64,000 nucleotides of DNA. Origin: Hormiphora californensis (taxonomy: Eukaryota; Animalia; Ctenophora). The notes below the pieces were generated by a model. The model ran no database searches and had not been told where the DNA came from. It saw nothing but the letters and a program-made list of their open reading frames with translations. The translations under genes were made by a program, and so were the position numbers. Shown here piece by piece: positions 1 through 14,200 of the stretch. Positions within the stretch are counted from its first letter, which is position 1; every line of letters begins with the position of its first letter. The stretch covers positions 2,480,001 to 2,544,000 of the forward strand of contig CM035357.1 in NCBI GenBank assembly GCA_020137815.1, read 5' to 3'.

Positions 1-43
1 GAAGGTCGCCCGGCGACAGAGTGTGAGGTGTCTTCGATACCAA
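1..43. mobile_element. End of an internally deleted member of the TTGGT...ACCAA TIR element family
   Basis: The reverse complement of 1-43 joins the left end (8310-8336) and a right subterminal segment (8956-8972) of the element at 8310-9005 without its ~620-bp interior. Confidence 0.7.
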
Positions 44-135
44 GCACAGGCTTGTGTAACAAAAAGGGGCGTTTTTATAGCTTATTGTTCATCATAACCT
101 GAAATAAATAATTTTCATTACTTTCACAAAGGCTC

Positions 136-1105
136 AAAGTTTGAATATCAAATTTGCCAAAATTGTGCAGGGGCCACCCCAAAATTAATCTCTAAGTAAT
201 TATTTAATTAATTTTGACTATTCCCACTTTCTGTAGATTATATTATATGTTTTATGCATGAAGAACATTCCTAGAAAGTTTCAAGTCGATATTTTAAGCA
301 GAACGGAAAATATAATTTAGTGCATGGGCAAACAAAATGGTGCAAGGGCACATGTTCAGGGGAAATTTGCACAAATTGTGCAAGGGCAAATTTTAATTAA
401 TTTGCCTATAATTAATTACCTAATTGATATATTAATCATACGGCTCTTCTAGTACTCGTAGTTATGCTACTAGAACATGCATAGAAAGTTTCGTGTCAAA
501 ATATTAAACGGTGTGGACACAGTTCGATCATAAAATTGGTGCAAGGGCTGCCCTTGCACCATTTGCCCTTGCACATTGCCTGCCCTTGCACCAAATTCCA
601 TTTTTTGCACGGCTCTAACTAACTAATTAATTAATTTTGACTATTCCCACTTTTCGAACATCATCTTTTATGATTGAAGAACATTCCTACAAAGTTTCAA
701 GTTGATATTTTAAGCAGAACGGAAAATAGAATTTGGTGCAAGGGCGCGGTGCAAGGGACAGAACACGCAATGTGCAAGGGCACGGTGCCCTTGCACCATT
801 TTTAATTACCTATAATTAATTAATTAATTAAAAATTCAAAAATCCGCCAACGTCATGACACAAAGGAATACTACAAGAACATGCCTACAAAATTTCAAGT
901 CGATATCTCAAACGGTGTGGCCACAATCGTTGACATGTTTTTTGCCCCCCCCCCCCAAAAAAAAGACCTTTCTTTGTTCTTAATAGGGCCGGCATTTTTG
1001 GGTTTTTGTGCAAGGGCAAAAAATTTTTTTTCTTTTTTTCGTTTTTTGCTGTTTTCTTCGGGTCGGAGGTGCCTGCCGGCACCTAAATTTTCAAAAAATT
1101 TTGGC
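136..1105. repeat. Non-coding repeat built from ~200-bp subunits and TGCAAGGGC/GCCCTTGCA motifs (probable non-autonomous DNA element)
   Basis: Four related blocks GAACAT(T/G)C.TA.AAA.TTTC at ~263, 473, 678 and 877; many TGCAAGGGC motifs on both strands. Confidence 0.6.
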
Positions 1106-1189
1106 TGATCAATGTGCATCATGATGCATCATTTCCTTTTTCAGTGCATCAGTATTAAATACTCAAATACTCATGTTTCCGTCACTGGG

Positions 1190-1235
<46 letters not shown>

Positions 1236-1372
1236 GAGACAGAGAGAGAATCTTAAACAACAGTGATTGGATGCTTGATTGGAAATTTAAAGCATTCTGA
1301 AGAACGCTGTATCTTTTAGTAGTACAGATCCATCATGATATAGTGCAAGGTCTATTCTAGTATTCTAGTATT

Positions 1373-1576
1373 CTATTCCAGTCATTAGATACAGCTCCTA
1401 AGCAAATGTTATCACCAATTAGGGAATGAATATTATAGGAGTGCAGATCCATGAAACTGATCCATGCAACATTCGTGCAACTGCAAGCATTCAAACTTTG
1501 CCATCGGCAGAGATTCATTCCCTAATTGGTGATAACAGGACATTTGCTTAGGAGCTGTATCTAATGACTGGACTAG
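1373..1576. mobile_element. Small foldback/MITE
   Basis: 1377-1431 is an inverted copy of 1513-1572. Confidence 0.65.
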
Positions 1577-2700
1577 CAAAAGAGACATCAAGGAGAAAGA
1601 GCTATATATAGAGAACGAGAGACCCTATAGGTATACCGACATTTAGTTCGACGTCCACATACGGATACGAATATATATTGATAATTGTCCGACTGATAAA
1701 CACATTGGATTCGTCAATCCCAGAATAAAACTATTGACTTAACGATAAACTCGACTCGTAAGATCATTAAGCGGTTGCTTTCATTAACGATGAGTTACTG
1801 ATCGTTTAACGGTCCTGTCGATCACTAAATGATGGCAGCTCACCGAAGAATGCTTATACTGAATGATCGTTCAGTATTCAAAGCATTTTTCCTCTAATGT
1901 TTCCATTTCTTGTTCGTTGGATAATGCTTCCTTGTTGTTTTTGTTTCGAATATAATATTTTTGATTTCACTGCTCAAAGGTTGCCATTCCCAACCACCCA
2001 AAGCATTGTCAGATTACATAATACATATTATATATCTTCAACTTTAGTCCCATTACTGTTAGAGCAACACGCAAGGTGTTAAATGTTTGATGGTAATTGG
2101 ATTGCATGAATAGATCAGAACAAAATCAGAACTAATTAGTGGGCTTTGCGAAAAAGTGCTGCATTCTTTATTTTAGTCTCGATCAAAGATAAATTTAGTG
2201 GTATGAAATATTATTCAGCTTACTGCAGTCTTCTTCTACAGAAAATTCGTGCAGATTTTCACCTTCCTCAGTTTTTCTGTACAAAAGTACACAAAAATTC
2301 ACTCGTTCTATCCCTCTCTATCTCTCTGTCTTTCACTCTCTCAATCTCGCTCTCTCTATCCCAGCGTTTCTGAAAATTAAATAACGTACTTCACAGTTGT
2401 CTGAGTTTCATTACAATAACAAGGTCAAGAGAACAATGGAGAAGTCCAGATCACATCTTTTCTTGACTACATCAGCTGCTGTACAGGCGTGTTTTATAGC
2501 CCGACGGCTTCAAAGTTTGTTTCATAAAATAAATCTTTGATTTTTCGCTTCATGGACATTTTCTTCATAGAGGATGAAGAGGTGAGGAAGACATTTTAAT
2601 GTCTCCTAAAATTACTTCCTCACATGGTATCTAGGGGCATGTGTTTGAATATAGAGCCATGAAAATTTCATTTAATGTCAAATGCGATCAGTACATCCGG

Positions 2701-2775
2701 GTTTGGTAGCTTAGTGGTTTATAGCTTCCAGCATGTCTCTCTGAAGATCCTTTATGGTTCAATTCCCGTTCATTG
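2701..2775 (+). pseudogene. Degenerate tRNA-like head (tRNA pseudogene or SINE relic)
   Basis: A-box TAGCTTAGTGG (2707-2717) and B-box GGTTCAATTCC (2756-2766) at tRNA-like spacing; cloverleaf not intact. Confidence 0.45.
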
Positions 2776-5278
2776 GGCGTTCAACACTAGTATTTTTCTA
2801 TTGTCTTCCCTATAATAGTGATGCAGTACCTAGTACCAATCAAACTGTTGTTCTTCAAACCAGTAATAGGCCGTACAAGGCAGCCTGAATATTATTATAC
2901 TCTCTCATACTATTCTGAATGAGATGATCAGAGCAAGAATTTCACAAAGGCAAAAGCCATATATCAGCTTTTGATTTCGATTATATGAGCAAGAATTAAA
3001 TAGATTAAATAAATGGAGATACGGGATGTTATTATAGCGCTGTCAACTACTGCACCAAACGTCATTGATCTGATTTCATAAAATCATTCCATTAGTGAAT
3101 AACCAAGCAACTCATGACTTCTCTCTCTCTCTCTATCTCTCACTATACTAAAGCAATTAATTTATCCACGTACCATCTTATAAACCACGGTCCACTGACC
3201 GTTTCTCTCTAGTTGGTCTCCCCACTCACTGAGTCGTGTTAAAAGGATGACACAAACCACCACGCACACGCCATTGTTAGAAAGGCGTGCGTGATGGTTC
3301 TGTTTGTGGTGTGTAAAGAAGGCTTTATAACCAAATAGATCTCCGTCATCATTCCCTAATCCCTTTATATTATAGTCAGTGCCGATTTTTTAAACCAGAG
3401 AAGACTCTGGTAGTATTATGGTTTAATGTTTTTCAATATTCCATTCATCTTCGGCCTAGCTTTGCAAATGTATGTGAAAAGGAATTAGCTTTACAAATTG
3501 ATGATCGACATGGGTTCATCTGAAGGCTGATCTTGGATGGCACTGGTTTCAATTGTTTACCATGAGCTAACATAAGTGGCATTTAAGTGTACTACCTTTC
3601 TCATGAAATGGTTTTAGCAAACATTTCGCAATCAGAGGTCCATTAGAGCAGAAATGATACTGAAATGTTACTGGGCGCGGGAGATATTGTAGTAAACTGC
3701 AGCGGTTTATAAGGATCTCAGCTGGTAGATTTCCAAGTTTGATCCCCCCTCTGCAAGATCCCTACACCACTGTCAGGTAAGTGGTGTAGGTTCAAAACGT
3801 GTTTCAAAGCTTAAAAGCTTAATTAACGTTGGATCGAAGTTTAGAACCGGAACGTTAACCGTCTTCAAATCAATATCTTGGAATTTTTCCCCCGCCATGT
3901 ATTCAAAGTTGAAAATGGTTGCTTTTTTTGACAAGGTGGGCGAAAACAATTTTATAATACAACTAGCTTGAACTATCTCTTTTCCCAACTTGAACTACTG
4001 TATGGTTGGGCTTAACTATTATGCAGAAGACCTGTGAGTTAAGGAGGCCACCCACTAGGCACCGACTAAATAACTAACATTTGACCATGTTTCAGGATGC
4101 CTGCAGCTGCAGGCCTCCTAAAACATGCTAAGGTAAGTTAAATATTAGTTAGTTAGTTATCCCACCCCATCTACGGGCCCCATAGATGGGGTGGGGTAAT
4201 TTTTCATTGCAAGGGGCAATTAGGCCACGGGGCACTTGTCAGTGCAGTCATAAATGTACTCCACACGGGCCAAGCAACAAATCTAGCCGCTCTCCCTGCA
4301 CCTTATAATATCACAATAAGTGGGACAGCACCATTAGTACCATTATATCGTTGTATTATCACACTATTATAGTGTCCCCTAATAGCAGTAAACACAGCGT
4401 TATATTTGTACATATAAACGCAAAATATATTCTTTTAATAATCTCTTGACTGCATGGATCACGTGGCTTGCCTAGCTCGAACCCTTTTCGCGAGCTGCTC
4501 CCATACAAAATATGTAAAGGGAGGGTTAGAACACAAGGGTTAGAACATAGCAACGCGTGGCATGGTTTTGAAAAGAAATGTTGGTGGGGAGACATTGTAT
4601 GAAATATTGGCAGTTACCTTGTAACTTTGTCAGATCGTACCAAGTACAAGGATACTATGCATTGCACTATACTATGCAATGCACTATAATATGCAATGTA
4701 TCCATAGTGCAGTGTTTTCCTATAGCCTCCAACTTTATAATTGGTTCATGTGTTCTGACAACTTATAATTACGCATGAGCTAATGAGCTTGAGAACACTC
4801 ATGACATAACAGGTATTATATGCATTGAGACAGCTTTACACAAGTAGATGAGCTGTAATTAGCCTCGTTATGTGATGTTACAAGGAACTTTCACAGTGCT
4901 TTTGAAAACTAAACTTAGTAAATAGTTAGATAGCAGGAGACCGAGGGCGAAATTTCTGTGATAAATGGTCACATCATATTATGGTCATATCATATTATGA
5001 TAATATTTCATGAAACCAGTTAATTGGTTTGATGAAGGAGCAGTTGCTATAATCTCCTTGACGCATAATTTGTTCACATTTACGCCAAGCGAGTCACATA
5101 TTTAAATCCGAGATTTCTGAGCTCCTTTTACGGTACCAAACTTAAGATGGGATGGTGCATGTCAACAGTTCGAATGGTGATGTCAGTGTTCCCTAATCCA
5201 GCTACCATTTCCCCGAAATTCGCCCGTAGGGCGAATGGGTTGACAAGTTAATGATAATTAATATTAATTAATAGTTAC

Positions 5279-8200
5279 CTGGATTCCGGTTGTTCCCTTC
5301 GTTAGATTGTGTAGCAGAAGTTTCAAGTTCTCGAGACGGTCTCCCACAGTGCAATAATGAAGGGGCAATCGTCCCTGACGACATCGTACCTGCAGAGGGG
5401 AACAAAAAACTCATTATGTTATTGAAATATCTTGTTGAGTAAGGAGGAGAAATATCGCTAATTGTGAAGTATATCAGAAGTTCATCGAGCTACATGGTCT
5501 ATCTCTCCATCTGATTGAACTTGATTAGATTGCACCTAGATTCTAGATGGTAACTTCGATCAGTGTGTCTGCGTAAGCGAGGCTTTTTTCTCATCAATTA
5601 ATGAACATTTTCTCTTCAATTTTAATTTTCTCTTTAAAACAGTTAATACCAATTTTCCAAGACGATCAGGGGCACTCACATTCTCAAGACAACATCTAAT
5701 TCGATGTGTTTGCAAGCTGCGTAATTTAGCTCTGTGCTTGTGTGAACGGTCGAAGAGCTCATTCTCAATCTTTCATTTGATTTAAAATGCTCATCTCTTA
5801 TAGACCAACACAACATCTTGATCATGTTGATTATACCCCTCCTACCACTAGACTCCGTTCTAGAGCACTAGGTCACGCATTCAGTCAACCCTCTCATTGT
5901 TTCTCTCTCTGTTTATCTCTCTCTCTGTTTCTCTCTCTATCTTTCTCTATCTCTCTCTATCTCTCTACCTCGCCCCTTTGATGGAATCCACAATATGTGT
6001 CTTATTAATCTTCTTGATCTCATACATGATAATATGTTATTAAATTGGTGTGATATAGAGAGAGAGATTGCCGAATGATTCTGTTCTTTCTCCCACTCCC
6101 ACCATTACCACCTTGGGTGAAACTGAACATCAACGTGGGTAGACTATAATTCTACTGAACAATCTCTTTTTAATTTGGAGATGAGCTTCCGATAAGGAAC
6201 CAAGTCTGCACGAAGTTCGTCACCTTCCCAAATCAACTTTTTATTTATTTTTTATTATACAATATGTCCATAAAAAGTTGATCTGGCAAATGTATGTAAT
6301 TACTTGAGGTATAATGGGCTACGATCGGATACAGTAATTACATATAATACCTCTAGATTCCTGTAACATCTGCTTAGTGCTAGTAATATGTATTTTACAC
6401 TATTCTTATCTCACTTCCTTCCCAGCTCCCGCCTCCCTCCCAGCTCTTTCCCAGGCTCCCTCCCAGCTCTCTCCCTCTCACCTCTCTCTCAGCTCCCTCT
6501 CACCTCTCTCTCAGCTCTCTCTCTCTCTCACCTCTCTCACAGCTCTCTCTCTCAGCTCTCTCTCTCTCTCTCTCACCTCTCTCACAGCTCTCTCTCTCTC
6601 ACCTCTCTCTCAGCTCTCTCTTACAGCTCCCTTCCAGTTCTTTATCAATATTCGGGGGCCATAACGATAAATCATACGTTTACTTAATTACAGCTACTAT
6701 TGCAGGAAAAGGATGGTTAAGGAGGTGATAAAGACCTATTTATCACATCTTAAGGGATCAGATCAAGGTGTCTAGACTGATCCAATATCATTCCCCCTCA
6801 TTAACTCTTGCTATATACAAGGTGGCCCATAAATTATGATAGCGGGGGACGAGCCGTACCTCCGAAACGGTGATAGTTGTGCAAAAACAAACTACGGGAA
6901 CATGCTGGAACAATTCCTGGACGACTTTTTGCAAATTATGAAATTTTTATTCAAAAGTTCATTTTTCATTCATGAACTTTCTACACGTTCATTAATGAAT
7001 TAAGGACTCTAATTTACCGAGAGTTAGGCATTTTGTTTGGGTTGAATTTATCTTTCCAATGAGCACCATAAAAATCAAATTGAAGCACCAGGTCACATGG
7101 CAGTTGAGAAAATGCACATGCATGATTTTGGCTCTTCCTGCGACTTTCAATCGGCTGTATCACGGCTACCTTTTGTTCAATCTTTTTAAAAATTTGGGAG
7201 AACATCGGATAAGCAAAGATCTTTCCTCACAAGAAAAATCAAGGTCAAAACTCAAAGTTCATTTTTAAGTGTTGGTAGTTCATTCCACTCATTCAGGAAC
7301 AAACATCCCTAAAGTGATGAAAAGTGATGGTTTTTGTTTGGCCGATACCCTGCAATGATAGAGAGGTGATGATATCTGATACCTTTTCTGAGCCATAATT
7401 AAGGGATTTTCTCAAATGCAAGCATGTGATTTGAGTTTTCGCGATTGGTATCGTGCAGCAATGTTGAGAGATCTCATAGCACCTCAAAAATGATGATTAG
7501 TTCAATGAAAGGAGTTGATTTATGATTGAAAATTATCGTTTAGTTCATTTTGACGTCTGTTTTAATCTTTTCTATCATTAATCAACTCTTTTCATTGAAC
7601 TAATCATTATTTTTGAGGTACTATGAGATCTCTCAACATTGCTGCACGATACCAATCGCGAAAACTCAAATCACATGCTTGCATTTGAGAAAATCCCTTA
7701 ATTATGGCTCAGAAAAGGTGTCGTCCAGGAATTGTTCCAGCATGTTCCCGTAGTTTGTTTTTGCACAACTATCACCGTTTCGGAGGTACGGCTCGTCCCC
7801 CGCTATCATAATTTATGGGCCACCTTGTAGCTGTCAGCCACGAACCATTTGCATTTGGCATTTACTTCTTATCACGCATTACGTCCATTATCTGACCTCT
7901 GTTTTGCGTTTGCAGCTGAGACGCCTTCATACAGCTCTCTAAAGCAGATCAAATTTTACAGCTGTACTGCTGCACATCTAATAAAGTTGGTAAAACAAAA
8001 TCCGGTGCTATTTGTTTTATTTCCCTACCATCTGCAGTATAAACTGCAAATTGTAGGGGATTGTAGCAAATTGTAGACCTTTATCTTAAATTTCCCTGCC
8101 GGGTTATGAAAAAGCTGCAATGAGCAATGAGCTTTACGTCCTACCAGAATTTAGTTCGACGAAGCAAGCTTTTAGTCAAGCGATCGACAGTCGTTGAACT

Positions 8201-11200
8201 TGATCGTTTATCAATTGATCAAAGCGACTGTTTAACTAAATACTAACACCTTGCCAAAATATACGCAGCTGTGTCAAAGTTTGGTTACGATGTAAGCCAT
8301 ATTATAGGCTTGGTATCGAAGACACCTCACACTCTGTTTAGAGGTATCAGAACCGCTTACCCTGTTTTCATAACGCGCTCAAAACGTTATACTAAGGACT
8401 GAAAAGTTGTAGTCTACACTACATAGTTCTAGCATAGGGGTCTGAGCCGCGCACAGGTCGACACCGAGACCAAATCTTGTTACTTTCCTGATTTCTTTGA
8501 CACAAACAAGTATTACAGAGCGGTCAATAGAGCTGGCGGTTTCAAACTTCGTCCGTATTCGGATGGATAGATTAGCAGTTCAGTGTTTCAAACCAGGTTT
8601 AATTTGGCAAAGTAGAAGTTGAGTTACAACATATTTTGTACAAATGGTCCAACTTCAAGACCTTTTTAATTTTGATGGCCAGACCTTTGAAGATAGAAAC
8701 TTCAAACTTTGCCACGATCTTTAATATGATGTTAAGCATACCTGACCTACTTTTTCAAAAAAAAATTTCATCATTAACACCTAAAACTGATCTTAAAACC
8801 AAGGTTCCGGAGATAATTTTTCAAATATGAGTAAAGAATTGTAATTTTCAGACAATTTGGTGGGGAATACCAAAATTTGGTGCATTTTCATTGAGTGGTT
8901 GAGGAGCTATTAATTTTTGAAGTGAATCAAACCGCTTCTGTAACCCCTAGCTCAGGTCGCCGGGCGACCTTCGCGCGCGCTGGCAAGGGGTAACTTCGTA
9001 ACCAAATTATAGGCGTGAACTCGCGTTGATGGGTAATTTCATTACCAATGACAAAGCAGTAATATGTACCGGCACCAGCAGCTGGGAATTACCACCTTGA
9101 TTCCCTCGAGACGGAGGATTTGGAACATCCCACCCCAGTGGCTTTTTATAGCGAATGGGCGAATCCCATTCGCAGCGAGAAATTTGACTGACAGCAGAAA
9201 AATAGAGAGAAAAATCCCTGTTTTGCTTGCTAATGCTGCTCTCACACCTCATTAGTGCTCGATCTTATGTGATCGTTACATGTTTAGAGAGCCACAATTG
9301 CTAGAAACAGGCGCGGATTTCGATTAGAGATCCCAATTGTTAGCAGTTATTCCCGCCGCGCCAGCGGAATTACAGCGGAATGGGAGAAGAACGAGAGCAG
9401 AACGACTGCTGCCACAGCAGCAGCGACAGCGGAATGGGATCTAATCAGGTTCTGTGACATGCGATTCGCAGCGAGATTTTTCTAAAAAGCCACTGGGCAT
9501 CCCACCCCTTAAGGCACCAGTTAGAGATTCCCAGGCATCAGTTCCCAAGCTCAGCAGTTCCCAAGGTCGGCAAGCAAGTGAGTGCTGACGTGCGCGTTAG
9601 TACTACTTTCCATTCGATTTACGCAACGCGCAGCATTGTGCCATTGTCACATGGTTCCCACAGAACCATCTGCACATGATGGCCGGGCATGCAGGAACGC
9701 GCCGTGCCCTGATATCAGGGAGCGTCCCCCTGATATCAGGGGATCAATCTGTAACTTGTGCGTTATCATTTCTGTGCCCCACCCATAAGTTTACTTTTTG
9801 TGAGGCTCAGGGCTAGGTTTATTGTAATTGCAGGAGCCAGGAAGTCGTAATAACCTAGAGCGTTGAAAGAGTTTGCAGTTGAGACTTGAGGGATATAAAT
9901 TGCGCTGAAGTAATGCAAAGTAAAAATTTAATCTCAACCGAGCTGATATTGAATTCTCACGATATTGACAGCTGGGTGTTTAACGACTAGCATACCATTT
10001 ATAATGTAGAACAAAACATAAAAGTTCGCCGTCAATTAAACCTTTTACATGCAACTATCTTGCACCTCCCCTCTCTTTCTCTATTTATCTCTCTCTCTCT
10101 CTCACTCGCTCACTCTCCAAAACATATATCAGCTCCTTCTCCCCCCTACGCCATGCTGATCCTGACCATACTTTCTTCATCTTGCAATAATTAGCGTGAG
10201 GGATAACGCGGAACCCCCCATTCTTGCTGCGTTAGACGCAGGGGGGTTCTTTCTTAGTGGTTGATTCCCCTGATACCCACCTTCTTCTCCTCCTTAGCAA
10301 CTTTCTCATTGATTCTGACATCGCTACCGGTCTATTGTTTTTTCATTGTTTCCTATCACTAATGGCACACCACTCATCCAATATTGAAATTGTGTAGCTT
10401 CAGCAGTATGTGAAGAAGTAAGACGAGGGGTTAATAAAACACAACTAGTTTCATCAGTCAATCTGAATCCTCAGGTGTTTGCACGTGCAGACCAGGTTGG
10501 CTTCCCTGGCTTCAGCAGTATATTGAAATGTGTAGCTTCAGCCAAGCAGCTGCAGCAACTTATTAATTCAGATGTTCGTAAAAAACAGGGACTAATCATT
10601 GCAAGTTTGTTAATGGCATGGACTTCTTGCTAAATCCCCCTAATAGCTTTTCAATCAAACCATTATACCCCACGACTCATGACAGGGAAAACTCTGTACT
10701 ATAGTAGTATCAGAAAATACAGCAAGCTGTGGGGAAACTCTACTAAAATGGAGTTCCATTACCATGGCGCTCAAGAATCTCTACTCTACTGGACCTCCAG
10801 CAGTAAGAACGTACGACCAGTGCTCCGTGTCAGTCACCACACGTGGCACGTAAAAGCTTTGTAAAGTCCCTGTCACGAGAAGAATGAAGTAATATCACAA
10901 TATCAGGCTTTACGTAGCACACGGTGACAGACAAGTAGTCCTGTGGAGAGCCAGTAATGAATTCTAGTAGAGTTTCCCCACAGCTTGCTGTATTTTCTGA
11001 GATGATATTGATTTCAAGATTAATTGTGTGGACCACTTGCAAAGTTATGCGGGGGGGGGGGGGGGTCTGGGAAATTCGGACAGGCTCGGACAGAGGGGAA
11101 GGGAGGGGGATAAAAAACGGAACAAAAATCATGGACGTCCTTTTTGAATGGCCATTGTGCCAAAACTCTTGAATTTTTCATTCTATAAATAACTAAATTT

Positions 11201-14200
11201 TTCTGACACGCCTCAAGTCTCAATGACAGATACGCCATTTTCTGAATGACAAAGAATTAAAATTCACAAAAATTTTTACAACATACTCAACAGTTTTAGG
11301 TCTAGAATTAACAGTGAATTATATGTTGGGCATATATCCTTACTCGACCAATATAAAATTATCTCTATTCATTTTATTGTTGAATAATGAACTAAAATTC
11401 CATATATTTTATAGCTTGTGATTATTTGGATGGCAGACGCTAACTCGAGTACCTTCAACTATGCAACTGTGGGCCATCACGAGCCGGCCGATTACACTCT
11501 AGGATCCATCGCCATCTTCAGCTTCGTAATTGGTTAGTGACCTATAGATGTTTTGCAACAATGATCCTCGTTTTCTTCTTTTGATTTGCAAGTTCTAGCC
11601 CAAAAGTTTAGTGTTTTATACTTTTTTAGAAGTCAGCAAGGGACCATTCAAAAAGGACGTCCACGATTTTTACCACCCTCCCTCCCTCCCCTCTGTCCAA
11701 GCCTATCCAAATCTCTCAGACCCCCATCTTCCCCGTGTCAGAATTTTTGTTCTGCTCCTGATATATTGTCTATTTCTCTCACTCTGTCCAGCCCCTGTCT
11801 CTGTACTGTATCCCACTATCCCGTATAGACACGCTTTCGGGCTTTAACCAGTACATTATTTTCTTCAAAACCTGGGACAGTCCGAACTCCATCAACCCCA
11901 CCCCCTCTCTCCCCCCTCCCCGTCCAGAGATGTCCAAAATTAGCTACTTCTCCCACCACCTTTCCCTGGACGTCCTTTTTGAACGATCCCTTAGGAACTT
12001 GACAGCAGTCCATGTATCTCTCAACGCTCAAATTTTAATAAACCTAAGCCTATGAGATATTAACAGCTCATAGAGGGAAGCTGGGAAGAATTGTCAGACA
12101 GAAAATATAGTTAAATTTAATCGAACTTCGCTTTTGATTGGCTTCATTCCCACATATCTTAGATTGGCTCTGTCCTCACATAAGTTTCAAGTGAAAAGTC
12201 GTATTCAAATTTCGGTACTCGCGGGGTTCTCCATTTTCTAAAAAGCGCAAGGATTACGCAAGGATTACGCAAGGAAAACGCAAGGTATACGCAAGGATTA
12301 CGCAAGCATTACGCAAAGAATACGCAAGTAATACGCAAGGAATTCAACCAATGTAATATGACATGATTTGAATAACCAATCAAATGAAATTAGTTTCCGT
12401 GAGTGTTTACTAAATACTCACGGAAACTAATTTCATTTGATTGGTTATGGTATTTTGGCCCAACTAAACACTGTTTAGTCGGGCCAAAATACCGGTACCA
12501 TTATACATAATAATATAGCCCCGAAAGTAACAACTTTACTCCAGAACTACCACCTGAAACTAAAGCCTGTCCTAGAGCTATTTATATTCCTGCTTGCATA
12601 TAAATACAGTTCATTAAACTATTTCATTCCTTTTGACACATGCACAAGAATAAAGTTGTGCTAAAACCTCCTCTAGGTGCTAAAACCATTTTAGATCTGC
12701 AAGAGATGGTGAGAGAGTGTGAGTGAGGGAGACGAGAGTGAGAGATAGACATAGAGAATATAAAATAATCAACGAGTCTTCATTTGGGAACCGAATTCGG
12801 ACTTAAGCAGAGAGATCTTGAGCACAAGAGAACTTGCACTGAATGATAAATAAAATTTTAACCGTACGGCAAAGATGAATTACTGTTGCGAAACTTTTGT
12901 TCGTACGTTCAATTCCGTCAAAGAACGCCGTCATGTTTTTTCCGTGTCCGTGAAGAATAAACCAATATCTTTGCTACAGGTACCCCGGGGAGTTTGATGA
13001 CGTTTGGATATTTCCTGATACGAGAGCGAAGTATAAGTTCCCTTCAGTACATGTTCATCAGCATTGTGGATAGTCTCATCACGACATTACTCCTTCCCAA
13101 CGGTAAGTGTAAACCTCTATGAAAGGGTATCATAGCTCTCTATCAAAATTGTTAGATTCTTAGAATGGACTTGTCATTCTGTTTCTAAAATATCGACTAG
13201 ACTAACCACGAACTAGTTTATATAAGAAAGATATTTTATAGTTTTATCTTGATCTCTGGCACATATAGTTATATATTCATAGGAATCAAAATGAGAAATA
13301 CTTTCATGAGCAGCCGGTATGTTGAGAGATAAGGAAGGAGGGCTATGAATTGGAGAGAAATTTTGAATTTGAGAGAGTAATATAAACTTGTTCGCTACCT
13401 AGATCTAGCCGAAATTTATACCATTTACATAGTTTGAAAATACCACATTTTATGCAAAGAGTTTCTTATTAATTCCGGGAAAATCCCATCAGGCATCATA
13501 TATCGAAACATATTCAACTTTCTTCCCAATTTAAAAAAAATGTTTGCCAGACCAACATAAAATGATTTAAACCCGCACTGGGCAATTATACTATGCATAA
13601 TATTTCGTTGAGTGCTTATCAGTTTCAACAACGGTATATATTTTCTCACCAATAAGCTCCAGCCGGAAAATATGTCCATTAGGATACTTTAAGGCTTTCA
13701 GCAATTATATCTTAGGTTATGCCACCTTATGGCTAAGTGCATAAAACACCTTGAATGAATAGTACAGAATATTAGAGTATAGATAATAGTACCGTCTAAC
13801 AGAGAAAAATACGGCCATGATGATAATTTTTATCGATCTTCATCGAAGTTTTAATCAACATCAACCTAACGCATGTCTCTGTTCTCATCTAGGTATATAG
13901 AAGTTTTAATCAACATCAACCTAACAAATGTCTATATTCTCATCTAGGTATATCGGAGTTCAGCGACGGTGATCCACTTCTGTTCAAGTACAAGTGGTTT
14001 TGTGTGGGCTGGGCCTACGTCTGGCACACCTGCATCCGGCTCTCCATATTCCTCGTGGCTGTCCTGAGCATATCTCGAACCTACTCGATGGTGTACCCGT
14101 TTAAAAAAGTAAAAAAGTATATGGTCCTCATCCCCTCCTTCCTGTATCTGAGCCTCCTTCTGGGCCAACAACTCCTACCGATCCTTGCCGGGAATTCCTT

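Noticed and set aside
3720-4140. Plus-strand mini-exons ending at GTAAGT donors (3777, 4133)
   Set aside because: Splice-like signals are present, but there is no recognisable protein or link to a gene model.
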